IMG/VR virus record: IMGVR_UViG_3300025099_000001
Span: 1,605 to 65,604 of that record
DNA length: 64,000 bases
Source: a virus
Taxonomy: Duplodnaviria; Caudoviricetes
Direction: 5' to 3' (one strand)
Each line of letters opens with the position of its first letter. Positions within the stretch are counted from its first letter, which is position 1. The translations under genes and the position numbers were made by a program. Shown piece by piece: positions 1 through 10,223 of this stretch. The notes beneath the pieces were generated by a model. It searched no databases. It was not told the DNA's origin and saw only the letters and a list, made by a program, of their open reading frames with translations.

Positions 1-3000
1 GAATCAGAAATTAAATTTTTAGATGCCAAAACGTATGATATTCTATCTTCTTGTAAAACTAATATATCAGTTTCTCTATCGTGCATTTTCATTATACTTC
101 CAAATGAATTTTCATAATCTCTATAGTTTACTAACCCTAAGTTAAACTCATTTGTATTGTTTAAATTAGTTTGACCTTGATATATTCCACTGTAAGTTAT
201 ACTTGCAAATCTTTTAGCTCTTTTAATATTTTCATTTGCAACGGCAGTAGTTCGTTCTCCTAAATTAAGAGACACCTCTGCAGGTAAATCTAAAATTTTC
301 ATACTTTCTACACCATTACCAAATGTATAACAATTAAAAAAAGGTAAATCTACTATGGCTGGTGATTGAGTTTGCAAGTCTTGATCTTGTACATTTCCTG
401 AATGTACTAAATTATTACTTGCGTCAAGTATAGTGTTATATGACTCAGAAGAATCATAAAATAAATTAGCGTCAGCTAAGCTTGGTTCAGTTTCAAATAT
501 TACTAAATCATTTTCTCGGTTTACTTTAACTCTTATCTCACAAGTAGTTGGGCTGGGATCATACCATGGTCCTTGCACTGGACAACCATGTGATAAATAA
601 AGCCAATACAATCCTGAACCAATGCTTACAACTTCTTGAAATCCGATAGTGTAAGTATTACATCCGTAGTAAGGAGCATTAGCCTCAACAGTTTGACCGA
701 ATGAAAGAGGTGATGACTCATAATATCCCACAGGTTTTATTAAACCAGTATTAGATGATCCTCCAACTAAATTACCTATATCTTCTCCGTCCCACCAGTC
801 TTTAAATGATGAATATTCTTGAGGTGAAATATATTTTTGATTCCATCTCCAATCAACTGTCTGAACACCTGATGTACGAGCTTTTCTCCTTATTTTCATC
901 TCTATTTTAATCTGTGTACCAGCAGGAATACTATAGTTTTGCCATGTAGAAGTTAGTCCACCATCAATATCAATAGTTGGGAAAGAAACAGTTCTTGCTA
1001 TTACTTGCGTATCACAATCTTCCGTATCCTCGTCTTTTGCTGATCTTTTATTATACATAAAAGAAGCTGTAGTCCCTATAGAACCTACATCTAAATTTCC
1101 TTGAACACTAAAGTATAGGCCAGCTAAAGATGCGGGAGTTGAACCTGCAGGACCTAACTCACCTGCTGCATAAGACTTAACCTCTAAAACCGTTTCCATT
1201 AATAAAAAATCTATTGGACCTGAATTATCTGCCTTAACAATTAATTTTGTTCCTTCTGTAACGATATTCTTTTGGTCTCCTTCTAACTTAAACCATATAA
1301 TATCTGGTTTTACACGATCTTTGTAGTACCTTGTAACATATAAAGTATTATATTCTGTAGCTGAAGGTTTTAATACAAATTTATATTTAGTAGCCCAAGG
1401 TGGAGGAGGGTTAGCTATTTGTACGCTTAAAGTGTTTTTTTTATCACTTAAAGATGCAGGTACATGAACCGAGCTGTTAATTGTTGATAAAGCAGGAGTA
1501 GCCCTTCCATATTCATCCATATAAACTATAGCCGCATCATAATCTCTATTAGAATGCAAGCTTGATGATGACGTTACAGAACCAAAAGTAAGAGAAGATT
1601 GATTAGCAACTAATCTAAAATAACTAAAAACCTGTGTATTACTCAAAGGGTTTAGAACTAAAAACCTTACAGCTGTAGTGTGTAGTAAAAACCCTGTTGG
1701 ACTTGTTTGTATTGAAAAACCTTGATTAGCAGCTGGATTATTAATTGAAGATCTTTTAAAACTATAGTCCTGATACCCAAGTGCAACTGATGGTTGTGCA
1801 TTTTGAACAAGTGTATTAAACCTGTCCGTTAGTGTTGAGCCGTTTTGTGATGCACCTGTCGGTTGTACATTAGCATTAGTACCAATAGCATTTTGAAACT
1901 CATCACCATTACACATATCTTGTACACTTGCGTAAGTTTGATTAGTAATCCATTGTAAGGGTATTGTAATAACAGCCCCATTAAAAGGTAAATATCCTAC
2001 AGGAAAATCTGCTGGTAATTGATTAAGTGGATTATCGGGTTCAGAAGTTATAGCTCTTACGGCTACACTCATATTAAAAACTGTATTTGCAGGTATCCCT
2101 GTAGCCCATTCAATTGGTAAATTACCTGTTGATGGATCAGTAAAATCAACACTAAATCCTGAACCTGTTGCAGTAAAATTACTTTGTGGATTTAGAGTCC
2201 ATGTAAATGTTGTTGTATTATTTTCTTGAACAGGTTGGTTTAAGGTGTTAGCCTCTACAATTTTTGAATTTATACTTGGTGTAAATAAAATATCTATAGG
2301 TTCACCTGTTGATAATGTAATATCCCTTCCATCTTCGTAATTACCATACATTAATCTATTTCCTTGTATTACTTGTGCTTGTGCAATTAAAGGAACATTA
2401 TCATACTGCCTTAATAATTCATCAGAACCTAATGTACTATATATTTTACGTGATGATAATGCTTGTGTAAAAAATGTATCGTTTCCAATTCCTTGTGCTT
2501 CTTTATTTATTTTTTCAAGAACATAAATTATATTACTATTAGACTCTTTGTATAATATATCAAATCCAATTACTCTACTTGAGCCAGTGTTTATCTTTAT
2601 GTTTACTGAGTTAAATTGGTTTTCCATACCCAAATTTTCTCTTGAAGCGTAATCTAATTCAAAATTTTTAGGCTCAAATGCAGCAACAGTAAATAATGAA
2701 GTAGCACTATATTGATTATCTTCATATCTATATCTATAAGCAAAAGATAAAAATTTATCAACTAAATAATTTTCTTCTTTTGAAGTAGAATTAAATAACG
2801 ATATTTCTGGTGCGGCAAGTTCGTTAAGAACAAAACCAGGTGGCCTAACAATTACGTTTAACACATCACTTGATGATGCATTGTAATTTCTTGTAACATT
2901 AAGATATCTTGGTGGGTTATAATTATCTGTAAAAAACAACAAATCTTCTATCTTACTTACACCAGTGATTAAATATGTAGGATTAAAATTTAAAATTGTA

Positions 3001-3368
3001 GTTCCTACTCCTACAGCAGTAAAATGTTGAGTTAAAATATTATCATCAGTATTATAAGAAAATATAACATCTGCAATTTGAGTTCCATTTTGAAATGCGT
3101 TGTCGTGAACAAACCAATATATTGTGTTTTTAGTATTATCTGTGTAAGAACCAATACACACTGCTGAAGTAGATAGTTCTGTTTTTCCTGCTGGTAATTC
3201 AATTGTTAAATTAGTATTACCTTTTGAGTTTTCTACAGCTCCAATTTCTGAAATTTCTGTAGAACCTAATCTAACATTTATTGCGTTTACATATTCTCCT
3301 GGAGGAACTAAGCGTTCATCAACGCTTTTATTCATTTTACCCCTTATAAAAGTGCTTTTAATATCCAT
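1..3368 (-). CDS. Tail stabilisation/nozzle protein (P22 gp10/T7 gp12-like), runs off the window edge
   Basis: ATG at 3368 gives MDIKSTFIRGKMNKSVDERLVPPGEYVNAINVRLGSTE, an N-terminus typical of Bacteroidota podophage tail proteins. Frame appears open towards position 1; not in the ORF track because it is truncated. Confidence 0.75.
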   Translation of the reverse strand, partial: MDIKSTFIRGKMNKSVDERLVPPGEYVNAINVRLGSTEISEIGAVENSKGNTNLTIELPAGKTELSTSAVCIGSYTDNTKNTIYWFVHDNAFQNGTQIADVIFSYNTDDNILTQHFTAVGVGTTILNFNPTYLITGVSKIEDLLFFTDNYNPPRYLNVTRNYNASSSDVLNVIVRPPGFVLNELAAPEISLFNSTSKEENYLVDKFLSFAYRYRYEDNQYSATSLFTVAAFEPKNFELDYASRENLGMENQFNSVNIKINTGSSRVIGFDILYKESNSNIIYVLEKINKEAQGIGNDTFFTQALSSRKIYSTLGSDELLRQYDNVPLIAQAQVIQGNRLMYGNYEDGRDITLSTGEPIDILFTPSINSKIVEANTLNQPVQENNTTTFTWTLNPQSNFTATGSGFSVDFTDPSTGNLPIEWATGIPANTVFNMSVAVRAITSEPDNPLNQLPADFPVGYLPFNGAVITIPLQWITNQTYASVQDMCNGDEFQNAIGTNANVQPTGASQNGSTLTDRFNTLVQNAQPSVALGYQDYSFKRSSINNPAANQGFSIQTSPTGFLLHTTAVRFLVLNPLSNTQVFSYFRLVANQSSLTFGSVTSSSSLHSNRDYDAAIVYMDEYGRATPALSTINSSVHVPASLSDKKNTLSVQIANPPPPWATKYKFVLKPSATEYNTLYVTRYYKDRVKPDIIWFKLEGDQKNIVTEGTKLIVKADNSGPIDFLLMETVLEVKSYAAGELGPAGSTPASLAGLYFSVQGNLDVGSIGTTASFMYNKRSAKDEDTEDCDTQVIARTVSFPTIDIDGGLTSTWQNYSIPAGTQIKIEMKIRRKARTSGVQTVDWRWNQKYISPQEYSSFKDWWDGEDIGNLVGGSSNTGLIKPVGYYESSPLSFGQTVEANAPYYGCNTYTIGFQEVVSIGSGLYWLYLSHGCPVQGPWYDPSPTTCEIRVKVNRENDLVIFETEPSLADANLFYDSSESYNTILDASNNLVHSGNVQDQDLQTQSPAIVDLPFFNCYTFGNGVESMKILDLPAEVSLNLGERTTAVANENIKRAKRFASITYSGIYQGQTNLNNTNEFNLGLVNYRDYENSFGSIMKMHDRETDILVLQEDRISYVLASKNLISD

Positions 3369-3369
3369 A

Positions 3370-4290
3370 TTATTTCAACCATTTATCTTTTCCTCTCATA
3401 TTCATTAACAACCTGCCTGGTTGAATATTACTTAATCTTATCTTAGCGTTTCTTAATAATGAAGACTTATCTTTTCTTGCTCTGTTTACTACATATTCTT
3501 GAACACCTAACTTGTTATTTAGTATAGAATATCTTATATATGCGTATAAATATTCTTCAAATAATTTATTTACACTTATGCTTGTGTCGTCACCATTATT
3601 CATACCGTCACTAACATATTCCATAACCACTGATGATCCCGACATTCCTGAACTAAAATAAATAGCACCAGATTGTCTATCAATAGTAAATGTTGGGTTT
3701 ATGTTTGCTGTTTCGGTATTTAGACCAAATCTTTCTCCTACACCCCAAGTAAAATACCAATCTCCATCACAACAATATCCCATTTGTCCATGATAGGGAC
3801 CAGGACCTAAATATAACTTAGACATACCTCCTTGTATTCTATCTAAGTCAACTTGAGAATTTGCAGGCCTTGTAGCATTTCCTTCTGCATCAAATATTAC
3901 CTCTGCATTTGCGTCTTGTAAATAAGATTGAGCAAACATTGTTTGTATATTTTCTACTAAAGGAAATAAAACACCATTTGCAAATTTTGATATTCTTACA
4001 TAGTTTACATAATCAGGTGGCAAAACAAATCTTATATCTGAATCTACAGTCATTTGTAGAATTTTTATTTGTTTCATTGCATCGTAATTCAACTCTTGAA
4101 TTCCTCTTTTTGCGTGAAACAAAACTTGATATCTTTCTACATTATTTATAATTTCATTATTACCTTGATACATTAACATAAAATTAGAAACTATATCGTT
4201 TAGCCCTACATATTGATATGAACCCCAATTTTTATCAGTTGGAGAAACACCATTGTTTTCATAATATTTATAATCAGTAATATAACTCAT
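3370..4290 (-). CDS. Tail tube/ring (adaptor-type) structural protein
   Basis: 306 aa; lies between head-tail genes and the nozzle gene; LPPDYVNYVRIS motif typical of ring/adaptor proteins. Confidence 0.6.
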   Translation of the reverse strand: MSYITDYKYYENNGVSPTDKNWGSYQYVGLNDIVSNFMLMYQGNNEIINNVERYQVLFHAKRGIQELNYDAMKQIKILQMTVDSDIRFVLPPDYVNYVRISKFANGVLFPLVENIQTMFAQSYLQDANAEVIFDAEGNATRPANSQVDLDRIQGGMSKLYLGPGPYHGQMGYCCDGDWYFTWGVGERFGLNTETANINPTFTIDRQSGAIYFSSGMSGSSVVMEYVSDGMNNGDDTSISVNKLFEEYLYAYIRYSILNNKLGVQEYVVNRARKDKSSLLRNAKIRLSNIQPGRLLMNMRGKDKWLK

Positions 4291-4293
4291 TTT

Positions 4294-5250
4294 TTATACT
4301 TGTATTTGGTTGTCTTGTACTATTTCTTGAGTACCAAATTGATACACATCTGATTCTCTTATTTCTATACCTATATACTGACATATTTTAGCAACTAAAC
4401 CAGGCATATCAGATAACGGTAATTCAAAGTCTTGATAACCAGCTACCGTAGGATCATAAAGAGGTGTTCCATTACTTAACAGAGTATATGTCCATTGAGG
4501 TGTTTTTGGATACCTTACATATTGTGCTTTTATTTGACCCGCTGTTTTAATAGATGTAGGGTAAACCGAAATATTATTGCCACTTAACACGTAAGCAGGA
4601 AATTGATTAGTAGGAGCTGACATTGTAGAGCTTGTAAGATAAAATATTTTATTTTGACTTACTCTTTCTACCTCTGTTATATTTGTATTACTATATATAG
4701 AATACTCTCCTGCAACTGCAAATAAGGCTTCAGCAACATTTATTTGAGATGTTGTAGCTACTCCTGTTATAAAAGTTTGTTTTAAAGTAGAAGTGTTTAC
4801 TATAAGACTATTAGTTGGTGGAAACTGAGGTACGTTAAAACCTCCTGGTGCAGTAAATGGTGTTGCTGGTGCTAAAGCATCCATTACATTTCCTACTGAG
4901 GCACTAAAAGTACCACTAAGTAATAACTCAGGGTAGTAGTATATTTTATTTACTAAATAATAGTCAGAAGGTAGGCTAAAAACATTTGCATTTGTTTGTG
5001 TTAAAAAAACTTCTTCTGAAAAAGAATCTATAACCTCAACTAATCCTTTTACTATATCTGCATAGCCTGTTCCCGATTGTCTTTGGTTTTCTTTATTAAT
5101 CCACTGATTGTATTGATAAAAATAATCTTCATATATATCCAACTGAGCTTGCGTTGCATATAAATTATAATCTTGAGGAGATAAGTATCCATAATTATTC
5201 TTATTGATAATACCTAATACTGTACTCCTAACCTCATCAATCATTGCCAT
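4294..5250 (-). CDS. Head-tail connector/ring protein with an inserted beta-domain
   Basis: 318 aa; helical N-terminus, FSLPSDYY and YVRYPKTP motifs of ring proteins; gene position. Confidence 0.6.
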   Translation of the reverse strand: MAMIDEVRSTVLGIINKNNYGYLSPQDYNLYATQAQLDIYEDYFYQYNQWINKENQRQSGTGYADIVKGLVEVIDSFSEEVFLTQTNANVFSLPSDYYLVNKIYYYPELLLSGTFSASVGNVMDALAPATPFTAPGGFNVPQFPPTNSLIVNTSTLKQTFITGVATTSQINVAEALFAVAGEYSIYSNTNITEVERVSQNKIFYLTSSTMSAPTNQFPAYVLSGNNISVYPTSIKTAGQIKAQYVRYPKTPQWTYTLLSNGTPLYDPTVAGYQDFELPLSDMPGLVAKICQYIGIEIRESDVYQFGTQEIVQDNQIQV

Positions 5251-5273
5251 AGATAGTGCGTTTTATTCTTTTA

Positions 5274-5281
5274 CAAATATA
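5274..5281 (-). promoter_or_regulatory. Bacteroidota sigmaA -7 element (TATATTTG)
   Basis: Matches TAnnTTTG, 23 nt upstream of the ATG at 5250. Confidence 0.6.
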
Positions 5282-5283
5282 GC

Positions 5284-5316
5284 AAAAAAAAAGAGGTTAC
5301 TTTTTTTGTAACCTCT
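5284..5316 (-). terminator. Rho-independent terminator
   Basis: AGAGGTTAC/GTAACCTCT stem followed by a U-run on the minus strand, just after the 5339..6301 gene. Confidence 0.75.
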
Positions 5317-5338
5317 CTTTAAATTTGTTATAAAACTG

Positions 5339-6301
5339 TTAAGACAGCACTACACTTTCAACTGTAATTATAGAGCTTTCAAATATAGGCATTTGTACTC
5401 TTGCAGCAGAAGGTCCAGGAGGTTCAGGCATATTCACGCCTATATATCCTCTTTTCATAGCATCTTGTATTGCAATAGCAACAGCCCTTCCTGATCCTTG
5501 ATCTGAATGGTCAATAGTTATGTAATTATTAGTTTGACCTGTAATGTTTAAGAATATTCTGGTTTGTTCCGCACCTGCTCTATCAACTAAAACTATTTGA
5601 TCCATAAGAACCAAATAAGTAGAAGCTACTGTTGAATCAAAAACATTAAAAGCGTCTCCAATTGCACCAACTGTAGAGCTACATCTAAATCTAAAGTCGT
5701 CTATAACAACAGAAACTAATTCACTGAAGTTTTGAGTTGTATTTTCATACACATCACCTACAGTAAGAGACGTTAAAAAAGACTTTCCATTGTCGTAAAC
5801 TTCTGTTGCAGGAGCTTCAATTGTAAAATTATCATTAAACAAAGTTGAACTGTTAAATATATCAGCCGTTAATGTTAATGATGTTTCGTTAATTAAAGCA
5901 GCTACAGTAGTTTGTGTACTTGCAGTTGTATTCTTTACAATATCTCCAACTCTAACTTTACGAGTTGTAAATGTTGCAACAGCATTTAATTGCTTTTCCT
6001 TACGAATTGCATAAACTTCATTACCATCAGGGAATAAGTCAGAAGCAAAACTCACTTCTTGTCCGTTAGCATTTACAGCTGTTATAGCAGCTTGAGTGCC
6101 GTCAGTAATGTTGTATGCAATATCACCTACAACAACACCATCAGCAACAAAAGTAGCACCAGTATCAACAAGCTTATCCTGTGTGTCAGTTGTAGCAGTT
6201 CCTTCGGCTATTCCCACTGAAGCGGTTGTTCCCACTACCAACTCATTTGTACCCGAAGCTACAACTGTGTTAATAGGGATTTCTAAATATTTTGCTTTCA
6301 T
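5339..6301 (-). CDS. Virion decoration protein; paralog of the 120-aa protein with three inserted beta-repeats
   Basis: Three DxGxxFxxxxVxVGDxxxNxT repeats; C-terminal part resembles 6327..6689. Confidence 0.5.
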   Translation of the reverse strand: MKAKYLEIPINTVVASGTNELVVGTTASVGIAEGTATTDTQDKLVDTGATFVADGVVVGDIAYNITDGTQAAITAVNANGQEVSFASDLFPDGNEVYAIRKEKQLNAVATFTTRKVRVGDIVKNTTASTQTTVAALINETSLTLTADIFNSSTLFNDNFTIEAPATEVYDNGKSFLTSLTVGDVYENTTQNFSELVSVVIDDFRFRCSSTVGAIGDAFNVFDSTVASTYLVLMDQIVLVDRAGAEQTRIFLNITGQTNNYITIDHSDQGSGRAVAIAIQDAMKRGYIGVNMPEPPGPSAARVQMPIFESSIITVESVVLS

Positions 6302-6326
6302 ATTATCTTATTTTTTTTAGTTAATA

Positions 6327-6689
6327 CTATGCCCAAGTAATGCTTGTAATCACAACTTGTGTTCCTGCTGCTGCTGCCACCAACTCAGTTGGTCCAGGAA
6401 TAACTAAATTAAATATAGGACTTGTCCATCCCGTTGATAATGATGAAGCTACTGTATCTGTAATTAAATCTCTCATTGCTGTACACTGATTAGGTGTTGC
6501 AGCGTTATAAGCAGGAATAGCTGTATGATTAATTTGTAATTCATCATAATCTGCTGAATGATTTTTGAAAGATACAGTTACTCTTGTAGCTGAAGTTTGT
6601 ACTATTGCAGCAACGTCTGCTGAAGGGAATATATTTAGTCCCCCCGCAATTGAAGCTGCAGTGTTTGTGAATGATATAAATTTTTCCAT
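6327..6689 (-). CDS. Putative capsid decoration/minor structural protein
   Basis: 120 aa, Ala/Thr-rich, downstream of the capsid gene, with its own -7 box at 6727-6734. Confidence 0.45.
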   Translation of the reverse strand: MEKFISFTNTAASIAGGLNIFPSADVAAIVQTSATRVTVSFKNHSADYDELQINHTAIPAYNAATPNQCTAMRDLITDTVASSLSTGWTSPIFNLVIPGPTELVAAAAGTQVVITSITWA

Positions 6690-6740
6690 AATAAAAATAT
6701 GATTAAGGGTATTAGTTAATAAAGTACAAATATAAAGAAA

Positions 6741-7499
6741 TTACTCTTCTTTATTTAAGGTCTTTTTTAACATTTTAAAAGTTTCTAACCCTTCATCACT
6801 TTGAAAATAAGAAGCCACAATATAGTAAGGATCTTCACCAAAAGGCACGGTTAACATACGTTTTTTATTTTTCTTGTAGTTAAAGTGTACGTCTTTTTGC
6901 CCATTTTTAAATTGTAACAAGTTAGATGAGAACATTTGTATTACAGTGTCTTGTAGGTCTAATAAAGGATCATTTAATATATTCATAAAATCTTCTGGCT
7001 GAGATTTAGAAAACATTAATACATCTCTTTTTAATTCTGCTGTAGACATTTTATCTACACTACCACCTAAGAAAACTCTACATACAGTTACAAGTTTATC
7101 TGTAGATAACTCTTTTGCCATAATTTGAGCATTAAGTTGCATTTCTGCTAACTCTAACTCTTCTTGAGCATCTCTTGCATGATTTATTTCTTCAAATACC
7201 ATACCATTTTGTGGATGATAATGTAAGAATTGTTGTAATACTTGATTTTGTTTTTCAACAGTTAGAAAACCATCTTCAAATACTACAGGTTCTAATATTG
7301 CATTTCCATCTTGCTCGTCTTCAAAAGGAGATTTTTGATTACGTGCATAACGTAACGGCCTGTTTGTCCCTGTGTCTTCGTCAAAGTGTAGTAATGGAAA
7401 TCTTGATGAGTGTCTTGACGCTAACATATAAGATAATGGTACGTCTGTTCTTTTTAGTCTATAAGACTTGGATACGAATTTTTCGTGTATTTTTTTCAT
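6741..7499 (-). CDS. Hypothetical head-module protein
   Basis: 252-aa ORF with strong AATTA-repeat leader, directly after the MCP gene. Confidence 0.6.
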   Translation of the reverse strand: MKKIHEKFVSKSYRLKRTDVPLSYMLASRHSSRFPLLHFDEDTGTNRPLRYARNQKSPFEDEQDGNAILEPVVFEDGFLTVEKQNQVLQQFLHYHPQNGMVFEEINHARDAQEELELAEMQLNAQIMAKELSTDKLVTVCRVFLGGSVDKMSTAELKRDVLMFSKSQPEDFMNILNDPLLDLQDTVIQMFSSNLLQFKNGQKDVHFNYKKNKKRMLTVPFGEDPYYIVASYFQSDEGLETFKMLKKTLNKEE

Positions 7500-7532
7500 A
7501 ATAATATTTAATTTAATTTAATTTTAAAATAA

Positions 7533-7552
7533 AGGGGGGACGAATCCCCCCT
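7533..7552 (-). terminator. Terminator/attenuator hairpin after the major capsid gene
   Basis: AGGGGGGA-TTCG-TCCCCCCT on the minus strand (UUCG loop) followed by a U-rich tail. Confidence 0.75.
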
Positions 7553-7570
7553 ATATTAATTTACTTCTGT

Positions 7571-9010
7571 TTAAGCATTGAATAGGAAGAAGTTGTTCGC
7601 ACCTAAAGTACAAACAGCTCTTTCTGTTAAGAAGTTAACTGTCATAGCATCTAAATCAGATGTAGCAGCACCTCCCGCAGAACCTGTAATCCAAGTCTTG
7701 TAACGTCTATTCTCAGTCTCAGACGCTCTGTATCTCACGTGTAAGAATGGTCTTTTAGCGTTTTTACCTAAGATTTGGTCATAAACTGATGTTGATCCTG
7801 CAGGAACTAAAAGTCCATTCACACCACCACCAATTAAACCACCTCTCATTGTAGGGTCATTTAGGTATTTCCAGTCAGACTTATAGAAGTCATAACCTCT
7901 TCTAAATCCTGTGAAACCTAAGTTTAACGCCATATCCTTATCATTGTCAAATAGACCATATGAAGTACCACCCGCTCCGTAAGAGTTTTGTGCAGCTAAC
8001 ATATCATCAATATCAAATGAGAAGTTTCTGTTACAGAAAATTACATTTTCTTCAATAGCACCTTGCTTGTCAAGTCTTTGAATCATAGAATCAAAACCTG
8101 CAAGAGTAGTTGGGTTTCCTCCACCCCAAACATTTCCTCTATTGTTTACTGCAAAGAATACACCTTCAGAACCAGCGTGTGGGAATGCACCCCCTGTAGC
8201 TGAACTTAAATAAGTTTCTGCACCAGAACCTGTTCCCGCAGGTACAGCCTCAATCATTGCAGTTTCCATGTAGTCTTCAAAACGTAATCTTGTTTCATGC
8301 TCAGACTTTAAGTACCATAGGTATCCGTTAGCACCATTTTCAGTTTGTATTTCTACCCAACCGATTTGTGCCATATCAGAACCAGAAACTTGGTAAGTAT
8401 CTTTCATGATAATAGGCTTATTAGAAAAGAATACATCATCCGCTTCTAAAGAACCGTCCATTCCTGTTGTTCCTTTTGCAAATTCAGAACCGTAAACAAA
8501 TACAGATACTGTTACACCTGCTGCAAAACTTTGTCCAGCTGCTTCGTAATACTCTACTTGGAAAGTATTAGCACCAGGAGTTGGAGCAATAGAAATAACA
8601 CCTTTATTAGATAATGTAGAACCAGGCGTGTTATCAGAAATCATAACTGTCTGACCTACTCTTAATCCAATACTTGTTTGGTTAGCAACTAATCCTGGTA
8701 TGTTAGGATCAGCAATAGTTATTACTGCTGTATTTACACCAGCTGCTTGAGCTGAAGAACAGTTTACATATTTAGTATGTAATCTTCCTTGTTCTGCCCA
8801 CTTAATCATATCTGAATTAGTTGGCATTTCAGCACCTACCATTCTTAAGAATGAAGCTACTGTTCTATTTCCATAACGCTCAAATTCCTTTTCATAAGTA
8901 TCTGGTAGATACTGATTTAAGAAATCAAAATTAGTTATGTAGTTTGTTGATAGAACTTGCTTTTGAGCTGATGGCTGTAAAGCAAATCCTGGGTTTAATT
9001 GTACTGACAT
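7571..9010 (-). CDS. Major capsid protein
   Basis: 479 aa; follows scaffold and portal; WAEQGRLH, GSEFAKGT and RPFLHVRYR motifs of Bacteroidota podophage MCPs; highly biased codons; terminator downstream. Confidence 0.85.
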   Translation of the reverse strand: MSVQLNPGFALQPSAQKQVLSTNYITNFDFLNQYLPDTYEKEFERYGNRTVASFLRMVGAEMPTNSDMIKWAEQGRLHTKYVNCSSAQAAGVNTAVITIADPNIPGLVANQTSIGLRVGQTVMISDNTPGSTLSNKGVISIAPTPGANTFQVEYYEAAGQSFAAGVTVSVFVYGSEFAKGTTGMDGSLEADDVFFSNKPIIMKDTYQVSGSDMAQIGWVEIQTENGANGYLWYLKSEHETRLRFEDYMETAMIEAVPAGTGSGAETYLSSATGGAFPHAGSEGVFFAVNNRGNVWGGGNPTTLAGFDSMIQRLDKQGAIEENVIFCNRNFSFDIDDMLAAQNSYGAGGTSYGLFDNDKDMALNLGFTGFRRGYDFYKSDWKYLNDPTMRGGLIGGGVNGLLVPAGSTSVYDQILGKNAKRPFLHVRYRASETENRRYKTWITGSAGGAATSDLDAMTVNFLTERAVCTLGANNFFLFNA

Positions 9011-9030
9011 TTTTTAATTTTTTTTAAAAT

Positions 9031-10170
9031 TTATACTCGTTTTATACTTTTAATTTTGAGTCCTCTACCACTGCTTGTATCTCCAATAGCTCTTATCTTC
9101 AAACCATCTTTTGACACACTCTGAGAAGCCTGTCTGACATCCATATTAATGTTTTTTGATTTTTTAGAAACATTATCTACAGCATCAGCCATTCCTTGCT
9201 CATAAAAAAACTTAGCGTACTTTTCGGGATTCATAGCAATTGATAATGCTTTATGGTATCCCTTTGCGTCTTTAATTAAACCTTTATCGTCCATATATTT
9301 GTTGACAAAATTTGCAACATCTTTTTGAACATTTTTAATTTCCGATGCATCACCAGGTTTATAAGTAAAATTTTTATCTCCTACATTAAATTCAAAACCT
9401 TTGAATTCATTGCTAAAAACCTCATCGGTTTTTTGAAGAAACCAATCATACTTCTTTTTCTGAGCTTCTTGCACAGTTTTAGATTCATCAATGTAACTTT
9501 TATAAGCATCTAATGTTTCTCTGTCTTTGTCAGATAACCCATCCCCACTTGACTCAAGAGGAATTTTATATTTATCTTTTTGATCATTGAAATACTTTTT
9601 TGCTTTCGCAAGTTCTCTTTTCTTAGCTAATTTTCTTTTTTTAATATCTCTTGGCTCATCTAATTCTTCATCAAAACTAAATTTATCTTCTAATAAATCT
9701 TGTATATCAAAAGTATCCAAACCATCTTCAATATTAGCATAGTAATCAGCTAAAACTTGATCATCTTCCATAGTAGTGTAGTCTTTTTGTAACTTGTAAA
9801 AGTCTTCAATACCACGGCCTGTTTCTTTTTTATATTTTAAATATTTAGAAACATCTTCTGGCAACTCTTCATTTGCTTGTTGTTGTGCAAATAAATCATC
9901 AACAGAATTAATATCTCTATCATATCTATTTTTAATATATTTAAGAACGTCTTCGTCATTTAACTCTGACGAGGGAGTTTCTTCTTGAACCTGAACTTCT
10001 TCTTTTACTTCTTCTTTTTCCTCTACTTCAGGTTGTGTTTCTGTTTGTTCTACTACATTTTCCGCAGTATCTTCTTGCTCTGCGTGTTCTTTTAGAAGTT
10101 TTTCTTCTATTTCTGCTTGAGATTTATTGTCTTCAATAAACTCTACAGCTTTTACTTTAATATTATCCAT
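9031..10170 (-). CDS. Capsid scaffolding protein
   Basis: Acidic disordered N-terminus, helical, located between portal and MCP. Confidence 0.7.
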   Translation of the reverse strand: MDNIKVKAVEFIEDNKSQAEIEEKLLKEHAEQEDTAENVVEQTETQPEVEEKEEVKEEVQVQEETPSSELNDEDVLKYIKNRYDRDINSVDDLFAQQQANEELPEDVSKYLKYKKETGRGIEDFYKLQKDYTTMEDDQVLADYYANIEDGLDTFDIQDLLEDKFSFDEELDEPRDIKKRKLAKKRELAKAKKYFNDQKDKYKIPLESSGDGLSDKDRETLDAYKSYIDESKTVQEAQKKKYDWFLQKTDEVFSNEFKGFEFNVGDKNFTYKPGDASEIKNVQKDVANFVNKYMDDKGLIKDAKGYHKALSIAMNPEKYAKFFYEQGMADAVDNVSKKSKNINMDVRQASQSVSKDGLKIRAIGDTSSGRGLKIKSIKRV

Positions 10171-10223
10171 TTAATTTAATTTAATTTATACAAAGTTAAT
10201 AATTATACAATAACTTTTTTAAG

